The notes under the pieces are model-generated. The model was not told the DNA's origin. It saw nothing but the letters and a program-made list of their open reading frames with translations, and ran no database searches. This document shows, in pieces, positions 26,611 through 37,100 of a DNA stretch of 64,000 bases; within the stretch, counting starts at the first letter, position 1; each line of letters opens with the position of its first letter. Made by a program: the position numbers and the translations under genes. Source of the DNA: Candidatus Bathyarchaeota archaeon. GTDB taxonomy: Archaea > Thermoproteota > Bathyarchaeia > Bathyarchaeales > Bathyarchaeaceae. Where the stretch lies: contig CAWDYQ010000002.1 of NCBI GenBank assembly GCA_963806645.1, positions 200,050 through 264,049 of the forward strand, given 5' to 3'.

Positions 26611-29026
26611 GAAACCGCGCGTGGGGGTTTTCATTTGCCATTGTGGACTTAACATCGCAGGCACTATTGATGTCAAAGAGTTGACTGAATACGCGCGGAC
26701 TCTATCCGATGTTGTTGTAGCAATGGACAACCGTTATACTTGCGCTGACCCGGGACAAGAAGAAATCAGGAAAGCAATCAAAGAGCATAACCTCAATAGG
26801 ATTGTTGTGGCTGCATGTTCTCCGAGAATGCATGAACCAACCTTCCGTAGGACAGTTGCAGACGCGGGATTGAATCCTTATCTTTTTGAGATGGCGAACA
26901 TCCGAGAGTTTGCTTCTTGGTGTCATCAAAGTACACCCAAAGAGGCAACAGAGAAGGCTAAAGAAATAGTGAAAATGGCTGTTGCAAAGGCAATGTTACT
27001 TCAAAGACTTGAAACAATGGAGGTTCCGGTAACAAACAAGGCACTAATAATAGGGGGGGGAATAGCAGGAATAAGCTCTGCCCTAGACTTGGCGGGTATG
27101 GGATTCAAAGTTTACCTCCTAGAGAAGGGCGAAAGCATAGGAGGACATATGGCTGCGCTGGATAAGACCTTCCCAACACTAGACTGTTCCATATGTATTG
27201 AAGGACCAAAAATGGTGGACGTTTCTCGACACCCTAATATTGAAATAATATCATACTCCGACCTCCTAAGTGTTGAAGGCTTCGTAGGGAACTTTAAGGT
27301 AAAGATTAGAAAAAATCCCAGATTTGTTAGCGCTGAAGATTGCACAGGATGCGGCGAATGCAGAGATGCCTGCCCTATCGAGTATCCCAACGAATGGGAT
27401 GAGAATCTAGGAGTCAGAAAGGCGATTTCGGTTCCTTTTGATCAAGCGGTTCCCCTTGTTTACACAATTAATAGGGATTATTGCATCGAATGCTTCAAGT
27501 GCGTAGATGTTTGTGGTGCACGTCAAGCCATCAATTTCAGTCAAGAACCAGAAGAGGTGGAAATTGAGGTGGGAACAATAATTGTTTCTACAGGTTTTGA
27601 CGTTTACAAACCCCTCGAGGAAAGCCAATATGGATATAGCCGATTCGACAACGTTATCACTGCAATGGAGTTTGAGAGACTGATTTTAGCTGCTGGACCC
27701 ACTGGCGGAAAGGTAATACGTGCTTCTGATGGTAAGAAGCCGCATTCGGTTTCATTTATTCAATGTGTCGGTTCAAGGGATGTTAACAAAAATGATTACT
27801 GTTCAGGCTTCTGTTGTATGTATGCATTGAAAAATGCTATCTTACTCAAAGAGAAATATCGTAACGATATTGAGGTTTACATTTTTTACATAGACATGCG
27901 AACCCATTTCAAGGGTTACGAAGAGTTTTACAGAAGAGCTCGTCAGCTGGGAGTAAACTTTATTCGGGGAAGGATTTCACAGATTAACGAAAAACCCATA
28001 ACAGCAAACCTGCTTATCCGCGCCGAGGATATGATGCTTGGAGAGCCTATAGAAATTGAATCAGATTTGGTAGTTTTGAGCACTGCGGCGATTCCAAGCA
28101 AAGGAACAGATGACGTTTCGAGAATCCTGAGCATCACAAGGGGAGCGGACGGATTCTTTATGGAGAGTCATCCTAAATTGAAACCTTTGGATACTTCAGT
28201 TGATGGCATCTTTTTAGCTGGAGCTTGTCAAGGACCAAAGGACATCCCTTACAGCGTTTCTCAGGGAAGCGGAGCAGCAGCACGAGCGGCGACCGTACTA
28301 TCTCAACCCACATGGAAAATAGAGCCAATCATTGCCGATATTGAACCAAGCAAATGTAGAAACGTAACAGCAAAATGTGGTATTTGTTTATCAAAGTGTC
28401 CATATGGTGCCATAAAAGCGAGTGAAGGCAAGGCTGCGAGGATTACAGCTGCGATGTGTCATGGTTGCGGAACCTGCGTTGCCGAGTGCCCGTCTGATGC
28501 AATAACTCAGAGGCATTTCACTGATGACCAAATTCAAGCCCAGATTAAGGCTGCCTTGGAGAATAATCCTGAAGAAAAAATATTAGGATTCCTTTGTAAT
28601 TGGTGCAGCTATGCTGGCGCTGATCTTGCTGGAACAAGCCGCTTTGAGTATCCTCCAACAATGAGAGCTATACGTGTGATGTGCTCGGGTAGGGTTGACA
28701 AGGATTTTATTTTGGAGGCTTTCAAGAGGGGAGCAGGGATGGTGCTGATTGGAGCGTGTCACCTACCTTATGACTGCCACTATATTTCAGGCAACTACAA
28801 AATGAAGGATCGAATGGATGCTTTAACAAATATTTTTGAGAAACTGGGACTTAGCAAAGAACGCTTCAGAGTAGAATACGTATCTGCCGCTGAGGGAGTC
28901 AAGTTTGCGGCTATTATGAAAGATATGACCGAGCAATTGGTTATGCTGGGACCAGAAAAAATCAAAGCAGAAAACGAGAAACTTAAGCCCACACTCGATA
29001 AAATGCTTTCAAGAAAAAAGAAATAA
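26603..29026 (+). CDS. hdrA: HdrA-MvhD fusion (heterodisulfide reductase A)
   Basis: VGVFICHCG, ACSPRMHE, GGGIAG, LDKTFPTLDC, CVGSRD and CSGFCCMY; C-terminal FLCNWCSYAGAD, RVMCSGRV and CHLPYDCHY MvhD domain. Confidence 0.95.
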   Translation: MSEKPRVGVFICHCGLNIAGTIDVKELTEYARTLSDVVVAMDNRYTCADPGQEEIRKAIKEHNLNRIVVAACSPRMHEPTFRRTVADAGLNPYLFEMANIREFASWCHQSTPKEATEKAKEIVKMAVAKAMLLQRLETMEVPVTNKALIIGGGIAGISSALDLAGMGFKVYLLEKGESIGGHMAALDKTFPTLDCSICIEGPKMVDVSRHPNIEIISYSDLLSVEGFVGNFKVKIRKNPRFVSAEDCTGCGECRDACPIEYPNEWDENLGVRKAISVPFDQAVPLVYTINRDYCIECFKCVDVCGARQAINFSQEPEEVEIEVGTIIVSTGFDVYKPLEESQYGYSRFDNVITAMEFERLILAAGPTGGKVIRASDGKKPHSVSFIQCVGSRDVNKNDYCSGFCCMYALKNAILLKEKYRNDIEVYIFYIDMRTHFKGYEEFYRRARQLGVNFIRGRISQINEKPITANLLIRAEDMMLGEPIEIESDLVVLSTAAIPSKGTDDVSRILSITRGADGFFMESHPKLKPLDTSVDGIFLAGACQGPKDIPYSVSQGSGAAARAATVLSQPTWKIEPIIADIEPSKCRNVTAKCGICLSKCPYGAIKASEGKAARITAAMCHGCGTCVAECPSDAITQRHFTDDQIQAQIKAALENNPEEKILGFLCNWCSYAGADLAGTSRFEYPPTMRAIRVMCSGRVDKDFILEAFKRGAGMVLIGACHLPYDCHYISGNYKMKDRMDALTNIFEKLGLSKERFRVEYVSAAEGVKFAAIMKDMTEQLVMLGPEKIKAENEKLKPTLDKMLSRKKK

Positions 29027-29055
29027 TTTTGCGGATTTATTTTATTAACTATAAA

Positions 29056-29493
29056 CTATGTTATGCTGACATTCTGAATCTGGAAGTAACGCTTAGCAAG
29101 AAAACGAATTCTTTCAGCGTTTCTACCGTTTTTGCCTATAGCGACACCCTTGTCCTTTGGATTAACAGAAATAACCGCTATTGTCTTCCCATCCATCCTC
29201 TCAGTTATGCGGACTTCATCGACCTTAGCAGGCTTCAATGCATTCTTGATAAACTGTGCTGGATTCTCAGAATGTTCAATAATTTCATGCTTTTTGCCGG
29301 TCATTTTTTCTAATGTGTGGATGTTTTTTCCTTTCTTACCTATAGCCATCCCGATGTTTCCTTCTTTCACAACAAAAATTATCCTGTTAAGGTCAGCATC
29401 AACAATGCAATCCTTTACTGTTGCACCAGTAATGCTCTGAAACAACGCAATGTAACGCATCTCATGGCTCGTGAACTTTATTCCACTTGACAT
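29056..29493 (-). CDS. nusA: Archaeal NusA
   Basis: Two KH domains with AIGKKG and AIGKNG; follows rpl30e. Confidence 0.95.
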   Translation of the reverse strand: MSSGIKFTSHEMRYIALFQSITGATVKDCIVDADLNRIIFVVKEGNIGMAIGKKGKNIHTLEKMTGKKHEIIEHSENPAQFIKNALKPAKVDEVRITERMDGKTIAVISVNPKDKGVAIGKNGRNAERIRFLAKRYFQIQNVSIT

Positions 29494-29494
29494 A

Positions 29495-29797
29495 TTATGC
29501 CTCCGTGATTTTAAGTATGTTTGAATCTCCAGGTTCTTTGATACTCAGAGCTGAAACCTCGAATGGTTTTCCGCAAACTGCGCCTAAATCTAGGCTGGTA
29601 CCGTTATAAATACTCACCGGAATGTCGGAAAGGCTGCAATAGTATTCAATGCTTTCTCTAAAGTGGGAAGGGCAATTAGAGGCAATTATTATGAGCTTAG
29701 CTTTTTTTACTTTGGCATTCTTTAATGCGCTGCTGGTTCCAAACTGAATTTTTCCTGTTTTTACGGTTGTAGCTATTGCTTTATTGACATCTATCAT
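29495..29797 (-). CDS. rpl30e: 50S ribosomal protein L30e
   Basis: KTGKIQFG, IASNCP, LGAVCGKPF and PGDS motifs. Confidence 0.96.
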   Translation of the reverse strand: MIDVNKAIATTVKTGKIQFGTSSALKNAKVKKAKLIIIASNCPSHFRESIEYYCSLSDIPVSIYNGTSLDLGAVCGKPFEVSALSIKEPGDSNILKITEA

Positions 29798-32700
29798 TCT
29801 TTCTTCTCTCTGTTCGTTGTAGTCATGTAAAGGTCTACTAGTCCTGTGCCGATGGGTATTGATTGCCCAACTATAACATTTTCGGTTACACCTTTCAACG
29901 GATCGCTCTCTCCCCTAATCGCCGCCTCAATAATGTTTGGAACAGTAATTTCAAAAGCTGCTCTAGCAAGAACGCTGGACTTCTTACCGCTGATTCCATG
30001 ACGACCAATCTGTCTAACATCACCTGTCGAAGTCATGATATCTGCCATTAACATTACATGGCGTATGTCAACATCAAGACCCTGCTCCTCAAGAACACCC
30101 ATTGCTTCTTTGATCAGCGAGTTTCTGGCCGCCTCAACCCCTAATGTTTCGGCTATCTCATGAACATTATTTGTGGTTGTCCGAGTTGGATCTACACCTT
30201 CAACATCTAGAACAGAGGATAAATTAGAACCGTCAGTTCGGATAACCCATTCGCCAGTTTCTTCTGTAACAAGGACTCTACGGATTCCTACTGCGCCTTT
30301 AACATGTTCAGATGGAAGTTTAGGTAATAGTTTTTTAAGATCCACTTGTTTTTTAGGTTTAATAATCAACTGTTCGCCTTCAATACTCAGTTCATAGTAG
30401 TTAGCAATGTTTATCAGGTCAGGTACTTTCTCGAGATCAACGCCACGCTCTTTCATCATTTCAGAATCGAGCTTCACAACAACAGCTTCCAGTTCAGGAT
30501 CCACATAAGGTTCAGTCTCTGCTATATCCCCTAAACTTGTGGCAATGATGTCTCGGGCGATTTCGGTTGCCTTTTCTTTACTTTTCCTATGTTCTTTATC
30601 AAGATAAATGGTCATTACAGGTGTTGATGGACTTCGTCTGGCATCAACTATCTCAATGAGACGAGGTAAACCAAGAGTTACGTTCTGTTCTCGGACACCA
30701 GCGTAGTGGAATGTTCGAAGGGTCATCTGGGTTCCAGGCTCCCCAATAGATTGGGCAGCAACAATTCCTACAGCCTCTCCAGGCTCAACTAGAGCCCTCT
30801 TATAGTTCTCCAAAGTTAATTTAATGGCTTGATCTACACCTTTATGACCAAAATTAGCCTTGGGTAACTCATTCTTCAGTTCTCTAACAAGAATAGGAAT
30901 CAACTGATCCTCAACTTCTGAAAGGCGCTCCATTATATATTCTTTGGAGGCAGGTTCTTCATTGTCAACCATAATCTTAACTTGGTCAACAATACGGCTA
31001 ACGTTTACTGCTTTACCATGATCACTTTTAGCTGGATCAACACCGTCCTCACCATATGTAAGCTGAATAACATCTCCGGTAGAAGTTCGCACAGTTCCGT
31101 CATATTCCACTCTTAACTGTTCAAGAGCGTTAATGAGGCGCCTTTGCATGTAACCGCTTTGCTGTGTCCTAACAGCAGTGTCTACCAGCCCTTCACGACC
31201 ACCCATTGCATGGAAGAAATATTCAATAGGGTCTAGCCCAGTTGTATACGACGCGTATACGAATCCTCTAGCTTTTGGGGTGGGGTCACCTTCTTTGAAA
31301 TGTGTTAGAGCTCGATTGACATAGCCTCGCATTACTCGTTTTCCTCTTACAGACTGTTGACCTACAGAAGCTGCCATCTGACCTATGTTAAGGTTAGATC
31401 CACGAGCTCCAGTTCTAGTCATTATTATTCCAGAATTCTCTAGTTCAAAGTCCTCGTCTGCAACTTTCCCAGCTTTGTCTCTAGCTTCAGCAAGTTCATT
31501 CATTACATATATTTCAAAGGACTCGTTAAGTGTCTGACCGGGAAGTCGGGGTAGTGTACCGTCACGATAGTCTACTATCAGTTTTTCGATACGTTTCTCG
31601 ATAATATTCATATTCCGTCGAATCTTCTTTTGAGCATCATCAGACAATTCAAGTTCGTCATAAGAGAATGTGAACCCACGCAAACTCACAAAGACCTTCA
31701 GAAGTTGACAAATATTATTTAGGAATTTACGTCCTGCCTCAGATCCATAATCCTTTATTATGCGATGAAGAATGCTCTCGGATTGTTCAGCCCCGATTGA
31801 ACGCCTATCAATTATACCGCACTTTAGAACTCCGTCTTTAACAACTACATAAGAGTCATGAGGACAACTCTCACCTAAACAGGTTGCACAATTACGACAG
31901 ATAGTAGACTTCAATACATAGTTTAGGTCTTTTGGAAGGAAAATACTGAATATCTGTTTTCCAGTCCAAAGAGGCTGCGGTTCGGTAATATACGGATCAG
32001 GCAAATGTCCCTCGAACTTGGAGGCTACAAGTAGCCTGCAGACCTCTTCCTTGGTCAGAAAATTGGATTTTTTAGTCAACATATACGAAGCAGTAATGAA
32101 ATCTCTAATAGCACCGATGATAGGTCCCCCAAATCTTGGAGAAAGAATCTGGTCTTGAACTTGCATTAGAAGCCTGGCCTCAGTTTGTGCTTCTTCACCC
32201 TGAGGTACGTGAAGGTTCATTTCGTCTCCGTCAAAGTCAGCGTTGTATGGAGGACAAACACACAGATGTAATCGAAAAGTCTTATGTGGTAAGACACGAA
32301 CATAGTGAGCCATGATTGACATCCTGTGAAGTGAAGGTTGCCTATTGAAGATGGCTACGTCGCCATTCATGAGGTGACGTTCTACAATAAAACCGGTTTC
32401 CAAAGATTCTGCGACTTTGTCTCTTTCAACAACAAACTCTAATCTGATTCTTTTTCCGTCTGGTCTAACTACGTATAAAGCTCCCGGGAAATTTTCGGGA
32501 CCGTTGATAATCAGTTTTCGCATATCATCTATGTTCCAAACTGTAACTTTTTCAGGCATTGAAAGCCTCATCGCTATAGCTTGGGGAACACCAACCTCGT
32601 TAAGGTCTAGATTAGGATCTGGTGAAATGACAGTACGAGCAGAAAAGTCAACTCTTTTTCCAGACAGGTTGCTCCTGAATCTTCCTTCTTTTCCTTTGAG

Positions 32701-33615
32701 ACGCTGTGAAATTGTTTTAAGTGCTCGTCCTGAACGATGTCGCGCTGGGGGAATTCCTGAAGCCTCGTTGTTGAAATAGGTTGTAACATGATACTGAAGT
32801 AGTTCAGACAAGTCTTGGATGATTAGAGTCGGAGCACCTGCAGCCATGTTTTCCCTAAGGCGTTGATTGATTCTGATAATATCTACAAGTTTGTGTGTTA
32901 AGTCGTCTTCAGACCGGATGCCAGATTCTAAAGTAATTGAGGGGCGCACATAAACTGGAGGAACAGGTAGAACCTGCAGAACCATCCACTCGGGTCTAGC
33001 AGTTGCAGGACTGAATCCAAACAATTCAAGATCCTCGTCCGGTATCCTCTCAAGCCTTTCTCGGACCATGCTTTGGGTTAATCTTTGTGCTCCTTCCTCA
33101 AGAATCTCGTAAAAGGTTGTGGGTTTCGCAAACTCTATCTTTGATTGTTGGGCTCCACAGTAAGGACAATCCTTTTTCTTTGCTTCCTTCACAATTTTTT
33201 TATAAACGTCGTTTGGAACTTCTCCGATGAGTTTTAAAGTTCTCTTTATAAGTTCCTTAACTTTAGCCACACGACTTTCAGGAAGGAGAATTCGCCCACA
33301 GTTTCTACACGTAGACTGTAGAAGATCATGAATTATCTTAGTAAATTCGATGTGAATAATTGGGACAGCTAACTCTATGTGACCAAAATGTCCAGGACAT
33401 CTAATTGCAGTGTTTCCACAAGTTTTGCATCTTTGTCTGGGTTCAAGAGTTCCTAGCCTGCCGTCCATAAGCCCAGAAGTGATTGGAGCTCCGTCCTCAT
33501 CGTAAGTGTCTGCTGTTTGTATCTCAGCAACTGATTGCCTGCGAATATCTTGTGGGGAAAAGATTCCGAAGTAAATTTCGTCTATAATCTTATGAATGCT
33601 ATCTTCCATTGACAT
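29794..33615 (-). CDS. rpoA1: RNA polymerase Rpo1 (fused A'/A'')
   Basis: CPGHFGH, NADFDGD and GGREGLVDTA, then SIGEPGTQMT and GVTENVIVG in one ORF. Confidence 0.98.
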   Translation of the reverse strand: MSMEDSIHKIIDEIYFGIFSPQDIRRQSVAEIQTADTYDEDGAPITSGLMDGRLGTLEPRQRCKTCGNTAIRCPGHFGHIELAVPIIHIEFTKIIHDLLQSTCRNCGRILLPESRVAKVKELIKRTLKLIGEVPNDVYKKIVKEAKKKDCPYCGAQQSKIEFAKPTTFYEILEEGAQRLTQSMVRERLERIPDEDLELFGFSPATARPEWMVLQVLPVPPVYVRPSITLESGIRSEDDLTHKLVDIIRINQRLRENMAAGAPTLIIQDLSELLQYHVTTYFNNEASGIPPARHRSGRALKTISQRLKGKEGRFRSNLSGKRVDFSARTVISPDPNLDLNEVGVPQAIAMRLSMPEKVTVWNIDDMRKLIINGPENFPGALYVVRPDGKRIRLEFVVERDKVAESLETGFIVERHLMNGDVAIFNRQPSLHRMSIMAHYVRVLPHKTFRLHLCVCPPYNADFDGDEMNLHVPQGEEAQTEARLLMQVQDQILSPRFGGPIIGAIRDFITASYMLTKKSNFLTKEEVCRLLVASKFEGHLPDPYITEPQPLWTGKQIFSIFLPKDLNYVLKSTICRNCATCLGESCPHDSYVVVKDGVLKCGIIDRRSIGAEQSESILHRIIKDYGSEAGRKFLNNICQLLKVFVSLRGFTFSYDELELSDDAQKKIRRNMNIIEKRIEKLIVDYRDGTLPRLPGQTLNESFEIYVMNELAEARDKAGKVADEDFELENSGIIMTRTGARGSNLNIGQMAASVGQQSVRGKRVMRGYVNRALTHFKEGDPTPKARGFVYASYTTGLDPIEYFFHAMGGREGLVDTAVRTQQSGYMQRRLINALEQLRVEYDGTVRTSTGDVIQLTYGEDGVDPAKSDHGKAVNVSRIVDQVKIMVDNEEPASKEYIMERLSEVEDQLIPILVRELKNELPKANFGHKGVDQAIKLTLENYKRALVEPGEAVGIVAAQSIGEPGTQMTLRTFHYAGVREQNVTLGLPRLIEIVDARRSPSTPVMTIYLDKEHRKSKEKATEIARDIIATSLGDIAETEPYVDPELEAVVVKLDSEMMKERGVDLEKVPDLINIANYYELSIEGEQLIIKPKKQVDLKKLLPKLPSEHVKGAVGIRRVLVTEETGEWVIRTDGSNLSSVLDVEGVDPTRTTTNNVHEIAETLGVEAARNSLIKEAMGVLEEQGLDVDIRHVMLMADIMTSTGDVRQIGRHGISGKKSSVLARAAFEITVPNIIEAAIRGESDPLKGVTENVIVGQSIPIGTGLVDLYMTTTNREKKE

Positions 33616-33616
33616 T

Positions 33617-36600
33617 TTATGCTCTCTCCTTTAATTTTAGACGTGGAGTTATACACAAGCTCATCATCTCTTGGAGAAGAAGCTTGAAAGCGTAGGAAAT
33701 AACAACCGGAGATATCTGGGCTTTATCTTCACAAATTCTGCAGGTATATTTTCGTTGCTTAATGTCATAGTACGATAGGAAACCACAATTTTCACATATG
33801 TAAAGTAAATACTTGTCAGACTCTTCAAGCAACCTGTCTCGAAGTACCATAGCGGCTCCATGCCCAATCAAGCAATCTCTTTCCATCTCACCAAACCGCA
33901 AACCACCACCACGAGCACGACCCTCAGTGGGTTGACGCGTCAACATCTGAACTTGTCCCCGAGCTCTCGCATGCATCTTATCTGAAACCATATGGTGAAG
34001 CTTCTGGTAATATACAACACCCATAAAAACATCAGCAACAAACTTTTCTCCAGAAATACCACTGTAGAGAACTTCTCGCCCAGTGTGACTGAATCCAAGT
34101 TTAACTAGTTCTTCTTTCAGTTGCTCTGGACCCTCGTTAGTGAAAGGTGTTCCATCAACAGGTTTGCCTCTTGAGGAAGCAACTTTTCCCGCCATGGATT
34201 CAAGGAATTGACCGATGGTCATTCGTGATGGCATAGCATGAGGATTTATTATGAGGTCTGGAACAATTCCTTTCGGAGAGAAAGGCATGTCCTCCTGAGG
34301 AACAATCATTCCTATCACTCCTTTCTGTCCGTGACGTGAAGCAAATTTGTCTCCTAATTCAGGTACACGCTGGTCACGGACTCTAACCTTTACCAGTTTG
34401 CTACCTTCTCCAGTTTCAGTGATGAAAATATCATCCACCACACCAGTCTCGGAAGGTCGTACATCAACAGATGTATCACGCATAGTTGGACCTTTAACTT
34501 CGAACTCTTTGTATTCTTCAAGGAATCTTGGCGGACTTGTTCTTCCTATAAGCACATCGCCTCCGGCTACCTCGGATTCTAGGCTGACAATACCATCAGG
34601 TTCAAGAAGACGGTAATACTGTTCGCCTCGGTACCCCCTAATTCCAGCTTCGGGTACCAAAAATCTGTCTCTGAGACCACCTAAATATTGGCGACACTCT
34701 GCCTCATAAATACGATAAAATGTAGAACGCACCAAACCTCGCTCAATAGAAGCTTTGTTGAATATAATAGCGTCTTCCATGTTGTAGCCTTCAAAGGAGA
34801 GGATTGCTACAATACAGTTTTGCCCTGAAGGTCTTTCAGTATATCCAATGATTTCCATAGGTTTGGTTTTTACTAATGGCGTTTGAGGGTAATGTAGAAT
34901 ATGAGAACGGGAGTCAACTCGATTGGGAAAGTTTGTTAAATTGATTCCAAGAGCTTGCTTGGACATGGCCGCCTCGTAAGAGTTTCGAGGTGACTGGTTA
35001 TGCTCAGGATATGGTATGATTGAGGCGCATATTCCAAGAATGGTATAAGTGGCAATCTCTACATGGGTATGTTCTGAAGTAATTTTGTCAAAATCTAGAG
35101 CAACATATATGTTTTCTTCTTCTTCAGCATCAATGTACTCGATTATTCCCTGTTTTATGAGGTCATCCCAAGTCCACTCTTCGGAACGAACTTTTTCAAC
35201 ATGCTCGATTGTTAATTTCGGTACGCCATTTTCAACAACTATAAGGGGGCGGCGTACACGTCCCTGGTCACAGCTAATATAGACCTCTTCGCTTTCTCCA
35301 TAAACCTTCGAAAAATATGCAACGTTAACTTCGGTAGAAATCTCTCCATTCCTACGTTTTCTTCTTATCTCATCAACCAGTTTCTGAGGTAGTGCGCAGT
35401 AACCTAGAATAGAACCGTTTACAAAAACCTTGGCGCTCGAAGCACGCATCTCAACATCCGTTTCTTCTACAGGAACAACATCCATCTGGTAGAGAACCTG
35501 CATAACTCCAGCGGGGTCAACATAAATAGAAGTTGAAGCGGCCAATGCAAGGTTCTTAACCAAGCCACAATTCGACCCTTCCGGTGTTTCGTTTGGGCAA
35601 ACTCGTCCCCAGTGAGTTGGATGTAAGTCTCGCGCTTCAAAGTTAGGTTGACTTCGACTAAGAGGAGATTGTAATCTTCTGAGGTGACTTAAGGTAGAAA
35701 CTACATTTGTTCGATCAAGAAGTTGGGTGATTCCAACACGTCCTCTACCCCAGTTACCTGTTGCCAAAGCATGACGATGACGATCAGTTACAATTCCAGG
35801 ACGAACAGCAGCCGAGATAGTAATAAGCTGCCTTTTGACACCCATCCGCTCAAGCTGATATTTTATGTCACGGCACAAGTTCCTGAAGGCGATTCTGAAA
35901 AGATCTGCAAGAAGTGGACCCGCAAGTTTTAGACGTTTATTTTTAAAATGATCTTTGTCATCTTCTGGTCGAATTCCAAGTTTGAGTTCGATAACTCGGC
36001 TAGCCATCTCACCTAAAAATAGTGCTTTTGTAATTCGGCTTTCTTCAGTTCTACCAATGTGGGGTAAGAAGTTACGGTCAATTATGCTTTTGGCTTTCAG
36101 GTTGCGGTATTCTTCCACTTGACCATGTGCAACACGGTTTCCGATGTACATTAAAGCATCTTTAACAGTATCAAATCCTGCAGCTTTTTCAAATGATGTT
36201 TCAAGTTCGTTTTGAACTTGTGGATTGGGAGAAACGGATTCGGCAATTTCTTTATCTGAATCAATTCCGAGAGCCCGCATCAAAATCATGAACGGAACTT
36301 CTGTGGGCACTCCAGGTATTGAAACAAATAATCCGCTATCAGTTTTCAGGCGGAGTTGGATTCTGGCTCTGAATCCCACAGTTGTTGAAAAGATTTTAGC
36401 TTGATATACAGGTTTTGTTCCTCGGGTATCGGTGTCTACAAGAATGCGGTTAGGGGCTAAGTCTTCCATTGCGACTACGACTCGTTCAGAACCGTTAATT
36501 AGGAAGTACCCTCCCTGATCATGTGGGTCTTCTCCATATTCAACTAATTCTTCAGAAGTTAGTTGGGAAAGGATGCAGAGTTTAGATTTGAGCATGACTG

Positions 36601-36979
36601 GAAGGTCGCCTATAAGAACTAGTTCAGGCTCCTGTTCTCTTCCCTCAATAACTGGAGTCATTTCTAGTGCTAAGGGTGCAGAATAAGTCAGGTTTCGGAA
36701 ACGAGCTTCCATTGGAAAGATTTCATGTTTTGTCCCATCAACTTCCGTTCTGTAGGGTCTGCTGATTTTTGATTGTGGATCTATTACCCAAAGTTGCCCA
36801 AGTTTTATTTTGTAGGGCATCTCTGGAATTTCAATGTTGATTTCGCCAATTTCATCGATGACTTCTTGGAGTCCACTGTCGATGAATTTATTATAGGAAT
36901 CTAAATGTTGTCTAACTAAACCTTTCTCCTTAAAAAAGGACTTTTGTAGAGTTAGAAAATCATCTTGTGAAATTACCAA
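33617..36979 (-). CDS. rpoB: RNA polymerase Rpo2 (subunit B, unsplit)
   Basis: GYFLINGSERV, ETPEG, GDKFASRHGQKG and GLRFGEME motifs. Confidence 0.98.
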   Translation of the reverse strand: MVISQDDFLTLQKSFFKEKGLVRQHLDSYNKFIDSGLQEVIDEIGEINIEIPEMPYKIKLGQLWVIDPQSKISRPYRTEVDGTKHEIFPMEARFRNLTYSAPLALEMTPVIEGREQEPELVLIGDLPVMLKSKLCILSQLTSEELVEYGEDPHDQGGYFLINGSERVVVAMEDLAPNRILVDTDTRGTKPVYQAKIFSTTVGFRARIQLRLKTDSGLFVSIPGVPTEVPFMILMRALGIDSDKEIAESVSPNPQVQNELETSFEKAAGFDTVKDALMYIGNRVAHGQVEEYRNLKAKSIIDRNFLPHIGRTEESRITKALFLGEMASRVIELKLGIRPEDDKDHFKNKRLKLAGPLLADLFRIAFRNLCRDIKYQLERMGVKRQLITISAAVRPGIVTDRHRHALATGNWGRGRVGITQLLDRTNVVSTLSHLRRLQSPLSRSQPNFEARDLHPTHWGRVCPNETPEGSNCGLVKNLALAASTSIYVDPAGVMQVLYQMDVVPVEETDVEMRASSAKVFVNGSILGYCALPQKLVDEIRRKRRNGEISTEVNVAYFSKVYGESEEVYISCDQGRVRRPLIVVENGVPKLTIEHVEKVRSEEWTWDDLIKQGIIEYIDAEEEENIYVALDFDKITSEHTHVEIATYTILGICASIIPYPEHNQSPRNSYEAAMSKQALGINLTNFPNRVDSRSHILHYPQTPLVKTKPMEIIGYTERPSGQNCIVAILSFEGYNMEDAIIFNKASIERGLVRSTFYRIYEAECRQYLGGLRDRFLVPEAGIRGYRGEQYYRLLEPDGIVSLESEVAGGDVLIGRTSPPRFLEEYKEFEVKGPTMRDTSVDVRPSETGVVDDIFITETGEGSKLVKVRVRDQRVPELGDKFASRHGQKGVIGMIVPQEDMPFSPKGIVPDLIINPHAMPSRMTIGQFLESMAGKVASSRGKPVDGTPFTNEGPEQLKEELVKLGFSHTGREVLYSGISGEKFVADVFMGVVYYQKLHHMVSDKMHARARGQVQMLTRQPTEGRARGGGLRFGEMERDCLIGHGAAMVLRDRLLEESDKYLLYICENCGFLSYYDIKQRKYTCRICEDKAQISPVVISYAFKLLLQEMMSLCITPRLKLKERA

Positions 36980-37052
36980 ATCTCTTCAAGTCCTCCATAA
37001 TTGTCTGTAGTAAGTTGGAATTTCGATCGTTTCGTCTCAGTTTTTTTCAAAT

Positions 37053-37100
37053 CGGGAGTTTCCTCCGCTGGGTTGGTGCCGTCCAACCCTAAAAGCCCGG
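37053..37100 (-). promoter_or_regulatory. Structured element in the long 5' leader of rpoB
   Basis: GGGTTGG/CCAACCC stem, GGAG-GAAA-CTCC tetraloop hairpin and GCT/AGC flanking pairs; GC island in an AT-rich spacer. Confidence 0.5.

Noticed and set aside
29794-33615. Fused rpoA'/A'' as a novelty
   Set aside because: Already known in several TACK lineages; useful only as a taxonomic marker
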